From contig NW_024704743.1 in assembly GCF_018977255.1 (NCBI RefSeq), positions 28,894,001-28,954,000 on the forward strand: DNA of 60,000 nucleotides. The letters are read 5' to 3'. The position numbers and the translations under genes are program-made. The notes beneath the pieces were generated by a model. The model ran no database searches. It was not told the origin of the DNA and saw only the letters and a list, made by a program, of their open reading frames with translations. The stretch comes from Callorhinchus milii (taxonomy: Eukaryota). This document shows, piece by piece, positions 10,928-23,463 of the stretch (within the stretch, counting starts at the first letter, position 1; the number at the start of each line of letters is the position of its first letter).

Positions 10928-11124
10928 CAAAATTATGAGGAGATTTGATAGTGTGAACAAGGAGAAATGGTTTCCACTGGCTGGTGGGGCAGTAAGCCGA
11001 GGACGCCAATTTAAAATAGTTGTTAAACGAAAGAGAGGGTAGATGAGGAGACATTTTTTCACACAGCGAGTTGTTTGGATTTCGAATGCATTGCCTAAAA
11101 GGGTGGTGGGAGCCGATTCGATAA

Positions 11125-11219
11125 TAATAATAATAATAATAATCCTTGCATTTGGTATAGCGCTTTTCACGTCTTCTAGACATCCCAAAGTGCTCTAACC
11201 ACTGAGCTACAGGACTCCA
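11125..11219 (-). mobile_element. Mini-SINE (head fused to tail) with cgataa TSD
   Basis: Reverse complement reads tggagtcctgtagctcagtggttagagcac-tttgggatgtctagaagacgtgaaaagcgctataccaaatgcaagg(att)n. cgataa at 11119-11124 and 11220-11225. Confidence 0.88.
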
Positions 11220-11317
11220 CGATAACAACTTTTAAGAGAGAAGTAAATAATTATTTGGGGAGGACAAGTTTGCAGAGCTATGGGAAGAGAGTGGGGGAAT
11301 GGGATTGATTTGGACAG

Positions 11318-12085
11318 TCAGGGATTTGGACCTGAGCGGGGAGGTTGGCAGCAGGGGCTGGAGGGCAGGGAGGGTAGGGGTAGGAAGGTGGCCGAATGCA
11401 TGGTTGAAGAGGAGTGTCTTAAGATGTGCTTTGAAGGAGGCAAGGAAGGAAGCAACACAAAGGGACTGGGGGATAGAGTTCCAAAGGTTGTGGGCAGAGA
11501 AGGTGAAGGCCAGACCGCCGATGGTAGGGCGGGCCGGGCAGGGGACATGGAGCACCGGAGCCTGCTGAGCGGAGGGAGCGGACAGGTTGATATGGGATTA
11601 GCAGGTCTCAGAGATAGGAGGGCCTTGAAGGCGAGGATGAGGATTTTGAACTCAATCCTCTGGGCGCTGGGGAGCCAGGTGTGGTTGGGGGTTATAGGAT
11701 CACTGAGCCTGGTGCGGGAGAGGACAGGTGCTGCAGAGTTCTGGATGATCTGCAGTTTGTGGAGGGAAGAGTTTGGAAGGCTAACAAGCAGAGAGTTGGC
11801 GTAGTCGAGCCTAGATGTAATAAATGAGGGTTTTGGCAGCCTGAGGGGAGCGGTGGCGAAGCCGGGTGATATTACGGAGGTGAGGGAAGGCAGAGTGGGT
11901 CATGGCACGGATGCGGGATGGAAAGTTGAAGGTCAAACAAGACGCCTAGATTCCGGACTGGCTCAGTGAGGTGGCGTGTGCATCAACGGATGGGGATGCT
12001 GCCAATGCCTGAGGCGTGGAGGCGCTGACGGGAGCCAAACAGGATGGCCTCGGTCTTGTTGACATTCAACTGGAGAAAGTGCTTC
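11318..12085 (-). mobile_element. L2 LINE 3' portion
   Basis: Minus ORF encodes IGGLAFTFSAHNLWNSIPQSL..FKAHLKTLLFNHAF; upstream FLQLNVNKTEAILFG motif. Confidence 0.9.
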
Positions 12086-12119
12086 AGAACATCTCAAACT
12101 GGATTTATTGCAAAGTGTA

Positions 12120-12535
12120 TTTCAAGGCAAACTTAGCAGCCGATTTTGCATACAGTAGTGTACCACAAACAGCCATGATCACTTTTCGATCAGGAAAATT
12201 GTTGACACGGACATGACACTGGGAGAAACACACTTCCTGTTTGAATTAGTGCCATGGGATCTTTAATGTCCACCTCAGTTTAACATCTCATTTAAAGGAC
12301 AGTACTTCTGCAGTGCAGCACGCCCCCTGCATTGCATTGGAGTATTATCAATGACAAAAACAACAAATTTACATTTATTTAGCACCTTTCACATCGGGAG
12401 GACATCCCAATGCATTGGACAGTCCAGGACCCGAGTAACAGACTAGACAGTGAGTTCAAAGTCCTAACATTGGAATTGAACCTACAACCTCCTGACTCAG
12501 AGGTGAGTGTGATGCCATCTGAGCCAGGCTGACCA
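12120..12535 (-). mobile_element. SacSINE1/AmnSINE-like DeuSINE (old), with an L2 stub inside
   Basis: Reverse complement: cagcctggctcagatggcatcacactcacctctgagtcaggaggttgtaggttcaattcc head; ggacattaaagatcccatggcac core. Confidence 0.7.
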
Positions 12536-13299
12536 CATGAACTTGAGAGATAACTGACATCCACTCTCCAACTGACACGTCATATACAAAATCATGATTT
12601 GTCAGCTAAATCCAATTTTGATGGGCTTCGAGCACTCAATTCAACTTACCCTATTACATTTTTTAGTACAACAAAATTCAGCTTGTTTTTATGTGCCACA
12701 GAAATAAGACTAACTAACGCTAGTGTAATTCCCCCCCACCTGGAGAGCAGTGACATACCATTATGTTCTGTGAAAGTATCCAGTATCTTAAAAAAACATT
12801 TGAAACTACTTTGCCAAAAAAATTTGATACATTCCACAATTATTTTTTAAATTTGATTTATTGATGGAAGTAAGAAATAAATAAGGAAATATTGAAGAAA
12901 CATGAAACTATAGTATATTGGTGTGCAAAAGTGTTCATGTGTCAGGTTCATATCAAGCAATGACAGATGTTTATCCCCAGAACTAAATAGCAGGATATGT
13001 AAAACATCTGCTTCCAACAACTGGAGAACAGCTGAAAGCAAAGGAATACTGGATTCAATCTTAATTTTAAATTCTTATATTTATCTAGGATATATATGTT
13101 TAAATATAGATATTATATATAAAATATATACGGAATATGGTGCAACCATGTGGGGAATACTATAAAAGATTAAATGCTTTATTTCTAATTTGCTGTTCCA
13201 CAATACCATCAATACAAGACAGATATGAACATATGATTGTACAGGATGTTTATTTTCTCCTAAAAAGTTATCCATCACATAAAGTGATATAGAGTATTA

Positions 13300-13530
13300 G
13301 AGTTTGCTGATCTCATCAAGGCATCAGTAAGCATTTTCCTATTGACTTTAGTGTGCCTGGGCTAGGGGAGGGGTGTCAAAATGAGCTAATGATTCTGTTT
13401 GTGATTACTGTCCCGTGACCCCTGCTAGAAAAGATAGGTGTGTAGAGTTTGGACAAAGACCGGATCAAGCTTGGCCCTAATACTCCTCACAGTCTGCTGG
13501 CATTCTCTATCAATGCTCACATGGGCAGAA
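13300..13530 (+). mobile_element. Ancient tRNA-derived SINE-like repeat (family B)
   Basis: gctgatctca..cctgggctaggggagggg..gtgacccctgctagaaa. Homologous copies at 22520, 26175, 41095, 47855 and 49670. Confidence 0.6.
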
Positions 13531-14061
13531 AAATAAACTGAGTGAAGTCCTAAAGGGATGATGATGTTCAATCTACATGAAAGGCACAGTAATAACCAAC
13601 CAATGAAAATAATCAATTGTTAATTATATATGTGGACATACTCCCAACTTGAAACGTGGTATACAATTTTGTAAATTTGTATTGCACTAATAAAAATCCT
13701 TTAACTGCTTGTTAATCATATGATTAAGTTCTTCTGTAATTCCTTTTGCACACTTGCGTTGATACAGGGCGCAAAATGAACCCCTTTCAGGGCAGGGGTT
13801 ATCCTTATACAAAGCCTGTGTTCAGCTAATTTATCAAGGTAATTTAAACAGGGCTCAGCAATACATTTGATTCATACCCCAAGATATAACCAGTTAATGC
13901 ATGATGTTATCTCTTGTCATGCTTGGTGGAAAACATTCCAATTCTCAGCACTGGCCAGGATCAAAACTCAGAACATAATTATACCAAAAAGATAATTCTT
14001 ACGTGTTTCTGTATCTTTGTAAAACTAAACTAATGATGGGCCACTGTTTTATGTATGTATA

Positions 14062-14406
14062 TAATAATAATAAGAAAAAAAGAAGAATCCTTGCAATTGT
14101 TATAGGTCCTTATCATGTCTTTGAGACGTCTCAAAGCGCTTCACAGAATATACTGTAAAGTGAATTGACTGCATATTTTGTGGGTGAAACATGGCAGTCC
14201 ATTGCGCACAGCAGTGTCCCACAAACAGTCGTGGATTGAGTGAACAAATTACTGTTTTTTTTGTTAATTAATTTTTTTGAAGGGATTATTACTCCCAATT
14301 GTGGAGTAAGAAAACTTGCCTAATGTTTTGCCCTACCCAGGATTCGAATCCTGGTCCTCTAACTTGCGAGGCGATTGCTGTAACCAATGCACTTCAGGAC
14401 TCCACA
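14062..14406 (-). mobile_element. tRNA-Ala/Deu/L2 SINE
   Basis: Head tgtggagtcctgaagtgcattgg..ggattcgaatcc, Deu core, L2 tail. Confidence 0.88.
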
Positions 14407-15062
14407 ATGTAGGTAGAGTAACAGGCAACTTGAATACTAACTGGGTGGCACACGCACTGTTTTGGTGCACTGTATAATACTCTATCTAGCAGGATCAGAT
14501 AAGTGTACCTTTTCTCTGTTGGTCGTAAATTTCCTAAGTGAAACAAGCTTGAACAGTCCAAATCCTAGTTCTTAGGAGATACAGGGCTAAAACTATGCCT
14601 AGTTCAGTACAAATTAGTTCTCTATAAGCAATCTCATCCAGAAAGACCCAAACCGCTAATGTAAAAAGAGAAAATGTCACAGCATTGTATTTGAGAGTGG
14701 CTGATATAATGAAGTTAGGAAGAACCTCATTATTTATGGCAGAGCAAATGGAGCCCAACCCTACACCTAATGTATCTTATATCTGACCTGGTAGTTTCTG
14801 ATCCTGGAAACTTGGTGCAAAGAGTGCCCTCCCCACTCCTTGATGAGCATTACATTGCTCTCCACCATCCCCTTCTCAATTAAAAAATAAAGTAGTAAAT
14901 TTTGAGGCTTTTTTTTCCAAAATAAAGGCTTATAAGATAGCATCACACTCTATGGTAAAAGAGTTTGAGCACTCAATAATGATCCCTGAGATTATCAGGA
15001 AATGGCTTGAATGCTCTTGTTGGCATTAGTGATTCATTATAAATATGATTATAAATATATCA

Positions 15063-15129
15063 GCTCCTTGGGACGTCCTCCCAACGTGAAAGGCGCTATA
15101 CAAATGTAATCTTGTTGTTGTTGTTGTTG
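15063..15129 (+). mobile_element. L2 3'-tail stub
   Basis: ccttgggacgtcctcccaacgtgaaaggcgctatacaaatgtaatc(ttg)n. Confidence 0.8.
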
Positions 15130-17649
15130 ATCTGGTTCCACAAATCACTAGTGTAAATCTGTGGGTAAGTTTCAAAAAGCTGTTCGTTTACATTGAAAAT
15201 AGATCATCTCATGTTAAAAGTCCTGTTGAAATCAGTATTATTTATCATTTGAATAGGGGCAACAATTGTGAGCAAGTTGTCTTTTTAAGTGTATGATATT
15301 ATTCATTATGTTGTACATGTCATAAAGGATTGTAAATGTGTTTGCTTAAGAGTGACTTGAACATTATTATCAAAGGTTACAGTTTCTCACAAGACCAATT
15401 TGTATTTTTACAAGGTAACGTTGACTGTTTGACATTTGGGGTTTCGGATTCTCCTTTTCTTGTTAGCAGACTGTCAGATTTCTTTCTCATGGGCTTGCGG
15501 TCAACATGAGGATGTCATTATTATAAATAATGTGTTCAAATCCTGTTCACCCTTTAGAAATTCCAAAGCGGCCATGTGAACCCTGGTTGACACATTTCCT
15601 TCCTAATGCAAAGCTTTAGAGTGTATCCAATTGACTTTGTGTGATTGAAATTCTTAAAGGGGAAATTCATCCTTATTTTAAGATCTGTGCTTTTTGATAG
15701 CTCACACACAAAAACAATACTGTGTTCTAAACCATTCACTGATGTGTTGCAAAGTAATCCTGCTTGGAACATTGTAGCTCTCAGAAGCTATTTTGTCAAA
15801 GCATGTGAAGTCGCACAGCATCACTGTGGAACTTAACTTTTGTAAATAAATCAATGTGCCACAAAACCATGTAAATAAATTATAAGACAAATTGAACTTT
15901 TTTTCCATTATCAATGCACTGTTATTAGCTTTCTTTTGGAAGCACACTTAGGCAGCTCCAGCCATTCTGGCTATCTGTTAGGTGAATGTGTGTATGTCAT
16001 AATATGGATTATCATTTCAGTTAATTACACAGCATGGCACATTTTCAAAAGATTGGTGCTTAATTTATGATTTTGAGCAGGTTTTGTGAGGTGAACCATT
16101 TGATGATGATTCTCCAGATTCTTTAAGTCAGGAACTGGTGACTGCTTTGTAGCCTATCTCCTTGGTCCCAAAGCTGTTGCCGAACACAGCCCAAGAGTTG
16201 ACATTCCATTTTGTAGTCAGACTCCGTGTCTGCAGGATATTTCTCAATTCTTGTGGGGTGTGGTTTGCAGTGCAAACAACCTTGACATAGATTTTGCTCA
16301 TGGCCTATTATTAAATTGTAGAAACAGAAAAGTGTTTTCCAATATTAAGAAAAGCTTCCACATTTTTGTAAAGTAAGGCTTCACTGAATGTCATTCTAGA
16401 TTAATATGTAAATAGATCTTATGAGGCCTTCCCTAATGGAATAATGTTGCATTTGAAATGAGATTATGGCTTAGGTTTTGAATACACTGCTTCATTTTAT
16501 ATTCACTTTACAATATAATTATTGGTATTACCATAATAATTGCAAATCAACATTTCAAGGTGACATCCCTTTTGACAACTACATGCAGCTGAAGTCTAAA
16601 AAATGGGGAAAAGACTAATTTTTACTTTTGAGGAAGCAATGTTGTCATATTCAACATACAACAATTGTATTAAAATGTAGTTATTAATTTATATATGTAT
16701 TGTATATTTTATATTAGTAGTTCTTTACCCTCTTCTATTTTATGAGAATTTTTTTTACCATAAATGGATGCATAAAGTAACATTACAAATATAATGCCTT
16801 TGGTGATAATGGTAAATTTACAAAATGTTACTTTTGCTCATTTTCTTCACACCTGTTTCTGGTGTCAAGCTATGTGAAATACATTGAAAGAATGGCTACC
16901 AAGCTACACTCTTTCAATCATCTAAAATTAATTTAAGTTTGGGTACCACGGTCCTTTTTTCCCCAACTTTCCACCCATGGCTAATCTGTGGTACCAAAAC
17001 CCAGGCAGTGAGCTCTGTTACCTAACTTTAACCCTATTCTGTAGACATCTTGATGTTTCAGTCTTTTCCTGTGGTTTTGAGTGAGTGTTTTAGGTTGCCA
17101 ACTTATCTTTGGCACAGGGTTTGTTGTCTGTATGTCTGTGCCAACATTACTTCCAGGTCTATTTCACTTCACATGTGGCATTCTAAGCTTTTAAAGGCTT
17201 GTGCCCATTTGGCCCAATTTGGTCCAGGGAATTTTAGTCCTTGTCCCAAAAGTTTGCTTCTTACAGTTGGCTATTTGTAAGAACAGCACTTTTACCTCCT
17301 TATCTGATAAATTGTTCTGCTTTTCTAAACTACCCACATATATATAAAAAATATTTATGTTGCGTACAATGCTTCATTTGACATTGCATTCATCTGATAG
17401 TTTCAGAAGTTATTTTGGTTCTGATTGATATTAATTATATTCTTGAATTTCTTACCTTACTTGTGTGAAACGACAAGTGTTCGTCACTAAAACAATTTGT
17501 TCTTTGAAAATCGTGTAGCTGTTCTGTTTTTGTCTTTCTAACCCAGGGACTCATATTGCTTGACAATTGTGGGATCAACACCATTTATTTCAATGAGGAT
17601 GATCTATTTCAGCAACTGAACTTGTTAAAAGATATTTCTACGACATATA

Positions 17650-18020
17650 CTAGGCTCATGGGTCACTTAATTTGTCCTGGAATGTCAGTCTTGACATAAT
17701 TATTCTAGGCCCTAGGGCATAATCTTAAATTAAAGCTTCATTGGTTAAACGTGAGATCAGAATAATTCTATTATTATTATGGATTACTATTATTAACATT
17801 TCTTCACATTCTTGGTGTTAACATTTGGAATGTTCCAGTCACAGAAGGCAATAGAAGTAGAATTGTATCAGGTACATAAAAGGAAGATTGACAAATTGTT
17901 TGGAAAATAATGGCATTAAAGGAAATGGAGACAGTGTGGGGAAATGGGATTAAACAATCTACCATGATCTAATAAAATGATAGCCATCTTGATGATCCAA
18001 ATGACCTTTTCCTATTCCTA
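17650..18020 (+). mobile_element. Old CR1 3' fragment
   Basis: ctagggcataatcttaaa..catttcttcaca..tggaatg..ggaaatggagacagtgtggggaaatgggatt..aatgaccttttcctattcctat. Confidence 0.6.
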
Positions 18021-18494
18021 TATTTATATTACACTTCATTGACAATAAAATATCACCCTTCAATGTGTCATTTCTTCTTAGCATTTTCCTGTTGCCAGAT
18101 TGTTAAGTCTCAACAACAAGTCTCACAATTAATTACTGTCAAGTGCTTTTGTCGAGTGATTGGTTTTGAAGGCGAACGAGACAACCATTTGCACTAGTGA
18201 AATCCCACAAACAGGCATAGGGATAAATGACCAATTAATCGGGAGGATTCTAAGTGTTAATAGAATGGGTATTACGATATCACCTTGTTGGTTTAGTTTT
18301 CCTTTCAAACAGATCTATTGCAGACATAGGTTTGAATGATTTACCAACATGTTATTATGCTTTCTTCACTAAAGTGGAGCCTCTTTAAAATGCAATGTTA
18401 TTTGTCAGTTATACAGCTGATCCAAGTGCCACATGCTTCTTTATCTGAGAGTGCAGATCACAATATGACCCCAAACCCTTAAACAACCACAAAA

Positions 18495-19390
18495 AATCAC
18501 ACTTGTATATCAGCCTTCATGTCGGAAAGTCATCCCAGGGCACTGGATAATCAGGGGTTTTGGACCCGGGTGGGGGGGTGGCCAAAGGCACGGTCCAAAA
18601 GGAAGGTCTTCAGATGGGACTTGAAGGAGGCAAGAGAGAGGGTGAGGCGGAGGGATTGCGGGATAGAGTGTGGTGGCAGAGATGTTGAATGCCCGACCGC
18701 CAATGGTGGGACAGGAAGTGCGGGGGATCTGGATCAGGCTGGTGTCCACCGAGTGGAGGGAGCGGTCAGGCTGATATGAGGTTATGAGGTCAGGGAGGTA
18801 GGGGGAAGCAAGATCATGGAGGGCCTTGAAGGTAAGAATGAGGGTTTTGTACTCGATTCTCTGAGGAATGGGGAGCCAGTGAAACTGGGCAATAACAGGG
18901 GTGATAGGTTCCCGGAGCCTGGTGTGGGAGAGGACACGAGCTGCAGACTTCTAAATAATCTGCGGCTTGTGCAGGGAAGAGTTGGGAAGTCCAGCAAGCA
19001 GGCAATTAGCGTAGTCAAGCCGGGGTGTAATGAAAGCATGGATCAGGGTTTCGGCAGCTTGCGGTGAGAGACAGTGGTAGAGGCGGGCAATGTTGCGGAG
19101 GTGTGGAAAGGTGTAACGGGTCACGGCACAAATGTGGGGGTTTGAAGGATAGCTGAAGGTCGAAAAAGACACCGAGGTTTCGAATTAGTTCAGTGAAGTG
19201 AAGAGTGCAGCTATGAATGGTGATAGTGTCAGCAGCTGAGGTGAGGAGCCAAGCAGAAGGGCCTCTGTCTTGCCAACATTGAGCTGGAGGAAGTTGGCTC
19301 TCGTACACGACTTGATGTCAGACAGACAATTAGCCAGGACATCAACGGTCCAGGAGTCGAGGGTGGAGGTCGCGAGATAGATTTGGCCAC
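18495..19390 (-). mobile_element. L2 LINE 3' portion
   Basis: Encodes HLRNIARLYHCLSPQAAETLIHAFITPRLDYANCLLAGLPNSSLHK and TIGGRAFN. Confidence 0.92.
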
Positions 19391-19939
19391 TAGGAGGAGA
19401 AAAGTAGTTTGACTTGGCTTTTGAGATTTGCGTCTAGCTTTTGGGGAAATGCTTTGGGTCCTTGGGCCACTTTTCTCCTCTTTGGTACCTTCCAATAAGG
19501 TGTGGTTAAAAAAAAACAACAGCCTTAATCTTACCAACATTCGGGCTATAGTGTAGTTGCAAGAAAAATAAAAATTCAACAAAGGTTTTAGTATTTTGGC
19601 AGTCATCTAGTTAAATTCACTGCAATACTTTGGCCAAGAGCTCAGCAAATGTTTCAAAATGAAACACATCTGGCTCGTAGGACGTGCTTCTGTACTGGGA
19701 ACAATGAACTTGTTCATTTCTGTGGTAGAGGAAACAACTCTTAACTGCACAGTATAACTGGTTCAGCCCTGATTCTCCAGGGATTTCATTTCACATTTGA
19801 TATTTCTGTATATAACACCCATGCATCAAGACACGAAAAGTGATTTGTCTCAACAGCCAGCCCATGTCAGTGAAGTTTTTTCTCTTGCCAGCTAACTGAC
19901 ATCAGTAGGCAATAATCTTCAGAGGTCCTATTTACATGA

Positions 19940-20416
19940 AGTCGATAATCTTGGTTTCTTTGTCAACCAGTTAAACCGAGCCATAAATCAGAAAGATGGA
20001 TTATCTGGTCGATTTACATATACTTCACATTTTTGTCAACTTGTGTTGTGCCATCAAAAGGTTTGTTGACAAATCTTGGAATATCAACCCATTCTGGAAT
20101 TTCCTGACATCTGCTGTCTACACGAAAACATAAAATCTACTGACTAGTGTCTGTCACAAATAAAATCTTACAATTAATTTAGTGACTAATTTCCATAATT
20201 GGTCAACAAAACATAAACACAGAGGCTAGCTTTTGTTGACAAATTTTTAATGACTAGCGTAGTCCATTATTCGGCATCTGCCAACAAATTCCCAGATCTA
20301 GACTAAATAGAGATAAAAGCATTTACTGTCATATGATTGGGTAACTCAAAGTGTTTGCCATTAAATCAAGACAACTAGTTGACAAACTAGTCATAGTCAG
20401 ATTTGTCACTGCTCCA
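19940..20416. repeat. Degenerate DNA-transposon/MITE-like segment with dispersed GTCAAC/GTTGAC and GACTA/TAGTC motifs
   Basis: More than a dozen ttgtcaac, gttgacaa, tgactag or ctagtc words in both orientations, consistent with CpG-decayed GTCGAC-type subterminal repeats. Confidence 0.55.
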
Positions 20417-20580
20417 CAGCTCTATGTAAACAGGGTCAATGAGCAACATTGGTGGTCAACAGAACTGTATCAAAGGCTTGCTGATAGTACAAGTCATAAT
20501 TTATACAGAACTGAGTCCATAGTTTGCCAGCCTTACATGTCCCAGAATATGTCCTCCCAAAATGGAGTTCTGTAGTGCAT

Positions 20581-20880
20581 GTGAAGTCCTGTAGAGTATT
20601 GGTTAGAGCCCTTGTCTCGCAAGCGAGTGGACCCGAGTTTGATTCCCAGGCTGGGCAAAACCTTAGGCAAGTTTCCTTACTCCACATGCCTCTGTTTAGC
20701 TAGCAGTAAGTAGGAACCCAGTTGATAGTCCATTAGTGGATCATTTTCCGGGGGTAATAATCCCTTAAGAAAAATAATAATTTGGTTAATCAATCCATGA
20801 CTGTTTGTGGGACATGGCTGTGGGCAATTGGCTACTGCATTTCACCCACAAATTATACAGTCAATTCACTTTACAGTATA
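20581..20880 (+). mobile_element. tRNA-Ala/Deu SINE (long subfamily), 3' end cut by L2
   Basis: Head with B box gagtttgattcc, tagcagtaagtaggaacc segment and Deu core; stops at ttacagtata. Confidence 0.85.
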
Positions 20881-20882
20881 AC

Positions 20883-21420
20883 GCATGGTCAAAGAGGAAA
20901 GTCTTCAGGTATGATCGATCTGAAGATGAGCAGAGAGAGGGCAGAGATGGAACGATTAAGGCAAGGAGTTACAGAGATTCACGGCATAGTGGCTGAAAGC
21001 ACAGCCGCTGATGGTGGAGTGGAGGGGACGAGGGACATGCAGCCTACCTGAGCCAGCTGAGCAAAGGTATTGGATAGTGGAGTGGGTGTGAGCAGATTGT
21101 AAAGGTAGGGAGGTGCCAGAGCATGAAGAGATTTGAAAATAAGAGAGAAGATCTTGAAATCGATCTTCTGCAAACTAGGGAGTCAGTGGAGCCAGGCAAT
21201 AACTGAGGTGATGCGGAGCCTGGTACAGGTGAGGAACGTGGGCGGCAGAGTTTTGAATCATTTGAGCCTTATTAATAGTGGGCTTAGGGAGACTGGCGAG
21301 GAGTGCATTGGTAAAATCAAGATGGGAGGTGATGAAATCATGAATGAGATTTTCAGCAGCATTTGAAGATGGCGGTGAAGACGGGAGATGTGGTGGAGGT
21401 AGGCAGTCCTGGCCATCCTG
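20883..21420 (-). mobile_element. L2 LINE fragment
   Basis: Encodes KIDFKIFSLIFKSLHALAPPYLYNLL. Confidence 0.85.
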
Positions 21421-22519
21421 CAGCTTGTGTAGGGAGAAGCTGGGGAATCCGGAGAGCAGGATGTTGCAAGAGTCGAGATGATTAAAGTTGGATATGTATC
21501 ATTGGCAGCATTTTTCGATAAAGATAATTATTATTCATGATTTAGTGACACAGTAACGCTATTGCGACGCGAGAGACTGTTAAACAAACATTTGAATCTA
21601 GCAGAATAAAATGAAACTAAATCAAGCAAAAAAAATTAAAGATAAGTTTTTACAATTATTTAAATGAAGCTCCTAATTCAAACTATGTAGGAGCTGGTAT
21701 GCTGGAAACAGAACAGATAAAATAAAAATAGCATTAGACTGAAAGCAACTATGTATCATTAAATTCGTCATCTCATTTGGACTGTGAAAGTGTAACACCA
21801 ATGTAACTGCAAGGAATGTGGAACAAAAGCAGAAATTGTACACTAGGATCAAACTGCAGCAAAACCTACTAGGCCGTTAAGTAGTGTACTGGTGAGTCTG
21901 TTTGTGGGCATCTTAATGATTCCCTCAGCCAAAATCCAATTTGAGCAATAACAGAGAACACAACATAGAGCAAAACTAAGACAAACCATATTGCAACACA
22001 TCACCAAATCTAGACTTTGTATTCATCTTGGGCAAAATTCCACTCATCAGAAAAGTAATAAAAAACATTCGCAGTTGAAACATTAGATGTAATAATATTT
22101 TTCTCATGTGGACTGTGATCTGGCACGGATTCTTTAAAGTTCTAAGTGAACTCCCCCTGTAGCAGGATGTGATAGCTGCTGATTTACTAAATGGTTTCAC
22201 CAGTTGTTCATGAGCTGTGCTGTAATCTAAAGTGCGCTTGGAATCACCAGCCAATGCCCCATTTCACTGATTAATGCTACTAGGATTTTTTTTATTTTAA
22301 ACAGACACAGTGAATAATGTTATGTTACCAAGTAGTGTTTAGGTATGATGAGAAACATTTGCATTGACCTCTGGGTTTCACAGCTAGTAAAACTGTCAGT
22401 TAAGTTACATCTGGACTGATAAAGCCCGAGCCTGTAAGAGGAGTGCAACTAAGAGAATATTTAACAAAGATGATCAGCAATACATTTCCCTCACCTTTCT
22501 CCAATTTGAAGGGGCTGAT

Positions 22520-22820
22520 ACATAGTGAATGTTAGCAGGCTGTTCAATTGTGGGTGCATCACAGTCAAGGCTAGTGCTGTCCTCACACAATGCCCGCATA
22601 AAGGCATTTTCTGGTGAGGATCCCTGGATAAGAAATCAGAACTGGGATAAGTTTTCCCTCCCTTGCCCAGGGGAGCTGCAGCTAATTTTATCACACCTAC
22701 TGCTCCATTTGCTGAGATTAGATAGTCCAGCAATTATCAGATTTCAAACTGGAGTCTTCTGGGAATGTTTGGTTTAGTTTCACACCAGGTATTGGCTCTA
22801 CCCATTGGGTTATCAGAGAT
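22520..22820 (-). mobile_element. Ancient SINE-like repeat (family B)
   Basis: Homologous to the 13300 and 26175 copies (cccctgggcaagggagggaaaa..gatgcacccacaattgaacagcctgctaacattcact). Confidence 0.6.
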
Positions 22821-23357
22821 GGTCCCTTTGCACTCACCACTTCCAGTGGCAGGAGCAACATCTTAAGGAAAATGGCACACCAGAGTAGGCTACAGGATTG
22901 CAAGACATTTTCCTACAATCAAATGACAGTTTAGCTCCAGAACCACACCTTGCACAAAAGCCTTTCATTGTCCTGGTAAACTAAACAACTAGCTAATGTG
23001 TTCATGCAAGTTTAATTCATCCAGCAATAAACAAAAACAACCACACATGGTAATTGTCCAAGCTGCTTTTGCCTGTTTATATTGCCAAGCCTGCTTCAGA
23101 TTGCACAAGACCTGAATACCTTTTTCAGGTGCGTCTCCTCAAAGCAAGTTTAGTCCACTTGCCTCCTCCCTTCAAGGAAGATGTTTTTAGATACATTACT
23201 TATTTTATCAAACTTGAATGACCAGAATATGAATACAAACCCTCCAGTACAAAATTTAATATGCAACTAAAACAGCTATGGGGTGTTATTGAATAAGCAT
23301 CATTTTCAGTGCACCTGGAAATCCCGGGAAGGTGCTGGGTGGCATCTTTATCAAAAC

Positions 23358-23463
23358 TGAGATTAGATAAACCAGCAATTACCAGATTTCAAACTGGAGT
23401 CTTCTGGGAGTATTTGGTTTAGTTTCACACAACGTATTGGCTCTACCCATTGGGTTATCAGAG
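23358..23463. repeat. Local direct duplication of 22712-22817
   Basis: About 105 bp nearly identical: tgagattagata..cagatttcaaactggagtcttctggga..tattggctctacccattgggttatcagag. Confidence 0.92.

Larger units (their letters stand above)
10250..11317 (+). mobile_element. CR1 LINE ORF2 3' part, interrupted by two SINE insertions
   Basis: Encodes [70 protein letters not shown]. Confidence 0.92.
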
